Shown: positions 59,032-64,000 of the stretch, piece after piece
How the letters are laid out: every line of letters begins with the position of its first letter
Numbering within the stretch: position 1 is the stretch's first letter
Source: Candidatus Methanoperedenaceae archaeon
GTDB lineage: Archaea; Halobacteriota; Methanosarcinia; Methanosarcinales; Methanoperedenaceae
NCBI GenBank assembly: GCA_963753595.1
Contig: CAVWCX010000007.1
Span: forward strand, 1 to 64,000
Direction: 5' to 3'
DNA: 64,000 bases
The notes under the pieces: model-generated
What the model was told of the DNA's origin: nothing
Database searches by the model: none
What the model saw: the letters and a program-made list of their open reading frames with translations, nothing else
Position numbers and translations under genes: made by a program

Positions 59032-59306
59032 TCGTAAGATTAATGGGAGAAGGCCAGTACGAACTTGATAAAAAGCATATGGATGAGGTCAATAAGATCG
59101 ATAATAACATAGTGAAGATCCTTCAAAAAGGAGACGAGTTAGTATTTAAGAGCGAATTTAAGAAACTTGCAGAATATGTCAAAAAGAATGGGAAAAAGAT
59201 ATCTGATGAAGTGATCAAGCCAAGTGAAATAATCATACCGCCATATGACCTGACGCTTGATGAAGCAAAGAGGATATTTGCAGGGGAAGGGCTTTTTCCA
59301 GACTGA
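59028..59306 (+). CDS. PspA-associated protein (PspAA-like)
   Basis: MIVRLMGEGQY..SE.I.PP.DLTL.E....F.GEGL.P; ATGA-coupled to pspA. Confidence 0.8.
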   Translation: MIVRLMGEGQYELDKKHMDEVNKIDNNIVKILQKGDELVFKSEFKKLAEYVKKNGKKISDEVIKPSEIIIPPYDLTLDEAKRIFAGEGLFPD

Positions 59307-59309
59307 TGA

Positions 59310-59750
59310 ATGGAATTGTTAATAAAACTGCTTACCGTATTGGGATTGGGAGCATTTGAGTTATGGATAGCTGTCCCCGCCGGTTTTGCGCTGGAACTCA
59401 GTCCGTCCGTGACAGCTATCACGGCAGCCTCAGGTGGAGTGCTTGGCCTGCTTGTTATTTTGACCCTTGGTGAACGAATAAGGAACAAGCTGTTAAAACG
59501 GGTCAACAGGGAAGATAAGCGAAATAAGTATATTGATCGTATTTGGGATCGTTATGGGGTAGCAGGTTTCGGTTTATTTGCTCCCCTGCTTATCGGGGCC
59601 CCGCTTGGAACGGCGCTTGGTATTGCCCTGGGTGTTCCGGAAAATCGCCTTTTTTTCTGGATGAGCCTTGGGATCATCATTTGCAGCATTGGGCTAACGA
59701 TCGTTGTTGAATTTGGTTTGATGGGTTTTGAGTCATTAATGCATTCTTGA
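59310..59750 (+). CDS. Small multi-drug export family membrane protein
   Basis: ELW.AVP.G, I..RYG..G.GL..PL..GAPLG. Confidence 0.75.
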   Translation: MELLIKLLTVLGLGAFELWIAVPAGFALELSPSVTAITAASGGVLGLLVILTLGERIRNKLLKRVNREDKRNKYIDRIWDRYGVAGFGLFAPLLIGAPLGTALGIALGVPENRLFFWMSLGIIICSIGLTIVVEFGLMGFESLMHS

Positions 59751-59792
59751 ACCACTGTGATATCTTTGTGTAAGAGAAAAGCATTTTTTTCA

Positions 59793-59860
59793 GACAGGAT
59801 TCACAGGATTTACAGGATAAACTATATAAATCGTATCCTGTCGATCCTGTAAATCCTGTC
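59793..59860. repeat. REP-like palindrome of 3 x 9-nt units (nACAGGATT / ATCCTGTnn)
   Basis: GACAGGATT CACAGGATT TACAGGAT ... ATCCTGTCG ATCCTGTAA ATCCTGTC between convergent genes. Confidence 0.85.
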
Positions 59861-60002
59861 AAATGGTGGATATTTAATCATTTTGGGTTGAAATTTGAAA
59901 AAACGAATTGTGATGAAAGAATATGCGAAAAATGAGATATGTTTTTCAGAATTTAGATAATATTAAATTATGACAGTCAAACCATCTGCGATCGGTGTAA
60001 AA

Positions 60003-60860
60003 TTATAATATTATCCATATTCCCGCTATCGTGGCTCCTGTTCCAAGCAGCAGCGCCATATTTAACTTTTCTTTTAATGTTACAAGTGCAATAAGGCTTG
60101 AGAGAACAGGGGTTATTGCCGCAAGACCTGTGGCTTTTGCCGCGCCGATAGCAGTAAGGCTCACAAAGAAAAAGTAACTGCCAAAACCCATGCCCACGAT
60201 CCCGCCAAGTCCGAGCAAAATATATGCTTCTTTCTTGAATTTAAATATGGTCTTTGCACCTTCATTCATCGAATAATAAAGGTATAATAACGCTAACGGT
60301 ATCGGCATACTGATAAGCGCTGACTGGAACGGGTCAACATCTTTTAAACCGGTCTTTGTTGCAACTATGGAAAATGAATACAAAAATGCCGCAAGAACCG
60401 CGACTGAAACACCGAGTTTAATGTTTTTCTCACCTGCCGAGCTTTTGCCCCTGCTGAGTATCCATATCCCGACTACTATCAAAACAGTGCCGATAACAAC
60501 TTCGGGACGGATTTTTTCTTTCAGGAGAAGAACGCTTAAAAGTATGGTCAGCAGTGGGAATGTGAACAGGATCGGGATGAACCTTGAAATTGAAATGTTC
60601 TCTAATCCTTTCATATATGCCGCTCCTCCCAGGATCAGCCTGAAGAGACCGCCAATGTTCAGGAATAAAAATCCCATCAGTGTAAAATCAAAATCTCCTC
60701 GCCTTATGATCAAGAATAGTACCAGCAGGAAAAGCATTGCAAAAAAAGTGCGTATGAGTACTGCAGGGATTGCGCCTGCTCCTATGCCTTTTTTATAGAA
60801 CACAGCTGCCATTGACCAGCAAATTGCAGCGGCCAGGGCATAGATTTCTCCTGATATCAC
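60003..60860 (-). CDS. DMT/EamA family transporter
   Basis: Ten TM helices in two repeats ending LLKEK.../LKEK...G...G; GTG start. Confidence 0.9.
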   Translation of the reverse strand: MISGEIYALAAAICWSMAAVFYKKGIGAGAIPAVLIRTFFAMLFLLVLFLIIRRGDFDFTLMGFLFLNIGGLFRLILGGAAYMKGLENISISRFIPILFTFPLLTILLSVLLLKEKIRPEVVIGTVLIVVGIWILSRGKSSAGEKNIKLGVSVAVLAAFLYSFSIVATKTGLKDVDPFQSALISMPIPLALLYLYYSMNEGAKTIFKFKKEAYILLGLGGIVGMGFGSYFFFVSLTAIGAAKATGLAAITPVLSSLIALVTLKEKLNMALLLGTGATIAGIWIIL

Positions 60861-61021
60861 ACCGAGTTAATAGAGTCAGTTACTCTTATGTTTTATTGTT
60901 ATGATAGAGGAACTTATTTCGGGAAAAGATACTTCTTCATTTCGACTATCATTTCGACCACAAAATTAATCCAGTCAAAAACCTTTTTCTTAAAAAAATT
61001 TTCAAAAGGAGAGAAGGTATA

Positions 61022-62890
61022 ATGAAAAAATTTGTTATTATTTTCCTGGCATTACTTACATTTGTCCAGGTAGCTGCGGCACAGCCTATCGTGGATTATA
61101 TGCATATTAATGCCGATGTGAACAATGGCTATGCCATTACGACAGTGGAAGAAAAGCTGAGCAACCAACTGGACGTTCCTGCCAATGATGAATTCAAGTT
61201 CCTGATCCCTGAGGAGGCTTTTATATCAGGTTTTTCGCTCATGATAGAAGGTAAGGAATATGTTGCCGATGTGCTTCCTAAAAAAGAGGCACAGGAAAAA
61301 TTCGAGGAAGCAGCATCCCAGGGAAAATCAGCGGGGCTTCTGGAATCAAAAAATAAGAACATGTTCTCATATTCCTTGAGCTTTGAACCTGGACAGAGCA
61401 TTATTGTTCGATTGAAGTATGAGCAGGCTGTGAAAAAAAGTCTGGGCAAATTCGAATATGTGCTGCTCCTTCGTAATGTTGACTCAGTTAGTATAAATGA
61501 CCTTTCTGTTAACATGAACATTACATCCCTGAATGGAATTACAACACTTGAGACACCGGGTTTTGCGGGGGCGAATGTAAAATACAGTTCAACAACTTCA
61601 GGGAGAGTGACATACAGCGCAAATATGCTACCTGATAAAGACCTTACAGTCGTTTACACTATCAATAATCCACCTATTAACGGTGACATGCTGTTCTACA
61701 ATATGGGCGGCCAGGGTTATATGATGCATGTGTTCTCGCCCAACGAAACAGAGCTGGGAACAACAGCCCTTAACAAGGATATCATTTTCGTAGTGGACAA
61801 ATCAGGCTCTATGACAGGAGATAAGATCGCGCAGGTGAAGACTGTTTTCACGAAGATAATTTCTGACCTTCCTCCTGACGATCATTTCAATGTAATATTT
61901 TTCGACAGTACGATAAAAACGTATTCAGGCACACTAATGGAAGCGAACACGAAGAACAAAGAGGATGCGACAAACTTTGTCAATGGCCTGGGCGCTGGAG
62001 GCGATACGAACATCAACCAGGCACTGCTTGATTCTCTTGGTATGTTCGAAAATAGCAGTAAGCGTGTTCCCATTATAGTTTTCCTTACAGACGGGGAACC
62101 CACAGCAGGTATAACTTCACCATACGTTATAAGAAATAACATAAAGGAAGCGAACAAAGCACAGGTATCGATATTCGCCATCTCATTCGGTAACCAGAAT
62201 GAAGCAAACTATGATTTCTTAAAAGCATTAAGCCTTGAGAACTATGGTAAAGCGCAGAGGTTTTTCCTTGAAGGTAAAGTGGAAGAGGAGATGACTGATT
62301 TCTACAAGACTATCTCAACACCCCTTATCACTGACATGAGCTTCACATACAACGAAGTCTTTGACCTGGAGAAAACAGGCCAGACCAATCTTTTTGCAGG
62401 CTCTGACGCAATCGTGCTGGGTAAATACAGTGGCAGCACCATAACTTCTGATGTTGCAGCGACCACACGCACAGGTAGCAGAAATTTCAAGAAATCATTC
62501 CAGGTTGTTTCAAAGCCCGAGAACTCATTCATTCCAAGGCTCTGGGCATATACCAGGATAAAAAATATGATGGACAGGATTGATGTGGAAGGGGAAACCG
62601 ATACGCTGGTATCAGCAATAACGAATATTTCCCTGGAATTCAAGTTCGTAACATCTTATACTTCGCTTTTCGTGGAGGTACCCAGAAATGCAACAAATAC
62701 AACGGCAACTGCCATTGATACGAAACCTGAAACAATCACCGCTGCGCCCGTAGCGGCATATGCTAAACCAGTTGCAACTTCGGCAAAACCTCCACCTACA
62801 GTGCCTCCATCAGAACCTGGTTTTGGGATAATATTCACCATGATCGGATTGCTTTTCGTTAAATATCTAATCATGCATAAACGAAAATAA
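61022..62890 (+). CDS. Cell-surface VIT + vWA domain protein (inter-alpha-trypsin inhibitor heavy-chain-like) with PGF-CTERM
   Basis: Signal peptide; VIT (F.IP..AFISGF, AGLL); MIDAS DKSGSM, GGDTNI, FLTDG; RLWAY; FVT.YTS; EPGF-TM-KRK. Confidence 0.88.
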   Translation: MKKFVIIFLALLTFVQVAAAQPIVDYMHINADVNNGYAITTVEEKLSNQLDVPANDEFKFLIPEEAFISGFSLMIEGKEYVADVLPKKEAQEKFEEAASQGKSAGLLESKNKNMFSYSLSFEPGQSIIVRLKYEQAVKKSLGKFEYVLLLRNVDSVSINDLSVNMNITSLNGITTLETPGFAGANVKYSSTTSGRVTYSANMLPDKDLTVVYTINNPPINGDMLFYNMGGQGYMMHVFSPNETELGTTALNKDIIFVVDKSGSMTGDKIAQVKTVFTKIISDLPPDDHFNVIFFDSTIKTYSGTLMEANTKNKEDATNFVNGLGAGGDTNINQALLDSLGMFENSSKRVPIIVFLTDGEPTAGITSPYVIRNNIKEANKAQVSIFAISFGNQNEANYDFLKALSLENYGKAQRFFLEGKVEEEMTDFYKTISTPLITDMSFTYNEVFDLEKTGQTNLFAGSDAIVLGKYSGSTITSDVAATTRTGSRNFKKSFQVVSKPENSFIPRLWAYTRIKNMMDRIDVEGETDTLVSAITNISLEFKFVTSYTSLFVEVPRNATNTTATAIDTKPETITAAPVAAYAKPVATSAKPPPTVPPSEPGFGIIFTMIGLLFVKYLIMHKRK

Positions 62891-62897
62891 CCACGAA

Positions 62898-62924
62898 TGA
62901 ATACACATATAAAAAGTGTATTCA
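62898..62924. terminator. Palindrome between convergent genes
   Basis: TGAATACAC-N9-GTGTATTCA followed by a T-rich tract. Confidence 0.45.
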
Positions 62925-62940
62925 CTTCTTTCTATTTTTT

Positions 62941-63690
62941 TTAAAGCCCCATCTTCTTAACTATCTCGCCCACTGCCTTAAGAGCCGCAGAATCCTCTGG
63001 CAATTCGGCAAGCGGCCTTCCCTCAAGGTCAAATTTTGCTAACTCCTCGTCAAAAGGAACGATCCCCACAAGGTCCATCTTTAATTCACGCGCATATTCC
63101 TCTATCTGCGCCTGGTTTTGCGCAGTAACCTTATTCGCGATCACATGCATTTGTTTTACCTTCAGGTCAAGTGACTTTGCAAGCTCCCGTATCCGCTCAG
63201 CTGTTTGAAGGCCCCGGCGTGAGCCGTCAGTGACCACAAGAAGTTCATCCACATCACGGATGATCCTGCGCGAAAGGTGTTCAAGCCCTGCCGCAGTATC
63301 GATAATCGTGACATCATAATTCTTAAGGATCTTATCCATTATACCGCGAAGAAGATTATTTGCAAAGCAATAGCATCCTGAGCCTTCTGGCCGCCCCATA
63401 ACGAGAAGGTCATAACGCGGCATCTCGCAGAGGACTTCATAGACCTTTGATTCAAGCAGGCTCTCCTTATTGGTATCAGGAGGCAGCCTATCCCGCTCCT
63501 GCAGCATGAATTCGCGCATGTCGCCTATGGTTTTTTCAACTTTTACACCCAGCACATCCGGAAGATTTGAGTCCGGGTCTGCGTCTATTGCAAGAAGGGT
63601 TTTATTCTTTTTTGAGATATGCCTGATCAGCATTCCGGCTACTGCTGTTTTGCCGGTGCCGCCTTTTCCTGTTATTGCGATAATTTTCAT
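62941..63690 (-). CDS. cooC: CO dehydrogenase/acetyl-CoA synthase nickel-insertion ATPase (CooC/AcsF)
   Basis: GKGGTGKT, DADP..NL, MGRPEG.GCYC..N, DT.AGLEHLSR. Confidence 0.92.
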   Translation of the reverse strand: MKIIAITGKGGTGKTAVAGMLIRHISKKNKTLLAIDADPDSNLPDVLGVKVEKTIGDMREFMLQERDRLPPDTNKESLLESKVYEVLCEMPRYDLLVMGRPEGSGCYCFANNLLRGIMDKILKNYDVTIIDTAAGLEHLSRRIIRDVDELLVVTDGSRRGLQTAERIRELAKSLDLKVKQMHVIANKVTAQNQAQIEEYARELKMDLVGIVPFDEELAKFDLEGRPLAELPEDSAALKAVGEIVKKMGL

Positions 63691-64000
63691 ATTTATTCTA
63701 TAGTCTCCATTTTATATCGGTCACATTGAAACATATTTTTAATTGTTAAAGAAATATTTACATCAGATTATTTTAATATAAGTCTATCAAAGATACTAAT
63801 TTTTCATTATAATCTTCTTTTCTTATTTCTTTAAAGCTCGCTAATAATTACCTGACACCGCTCATTTCAATGCACCTGCGCATTTAAAGATTTATCGAAG
63901 GCGCAGGTGATGGACGAGTAAAGCTGATATAAGAAATAGTGCAGATTTATATCGCAAACCAAGACTCAGTTTCAAGATTTTATCGATTTTATGCATATAT

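Noticed and set aside
1-64000. tRNA or rRNA genes, prophage, integron
   Set aside because: No cloverleaf with a T-arm consensus, rRNA-like stretch, integrase, capsid gene or attC array was found by eye.

Overview
This is a 64-kb archaeal chromosomal window. Gene content (ahbA/ahbD, egsA, carS, fwdGBD, AMP phosphorylase, PGF-CTERM proteins, MetOD1/MASE3 signalling) points to a Methanosarcinales methanogen or ANME, most like Ca. Methanoperedens (inference). Most of it is housekeeping: heme, cobalamin, Fe-S, lipid, nucleotide and RNA-processing genes. Accessory inserts are two near-identical inverted IS1182 copies, a Fic protein and a DUF4258-type toxin-antitoxin pair. The pilus ATPase and platform genes at the left end carry several homopolymer frameshifts, probably read errors. 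Four small ORFs missed by the ORF track were found by hand: CcmD-like, a 7-Cys rubredoxin-like protein, a CxxC peptide and a 44-aa protein. Most notable observations: (1) two tandem promoter-hairpin-terminator units with an invariant C-rich loop directly upstream of rtcA, candidate undescribed ncRNAs; (2) a DsrE-rubredoxin-IscS operon ending in an IscU/FNR-like fusion that lacks the CxxC and HRR motifs; (3) both IS1182 copies inserted independently into hairpins resembling IS200/IS605 ends; (4) two active-plus-degenerate KaiC-like gene pairs, one wired to a MASE3 kinase/MetOD1 cascade. No tRNA, rRNA or CRISPR array was seen. All family calls come from motif recognition, not database searches.
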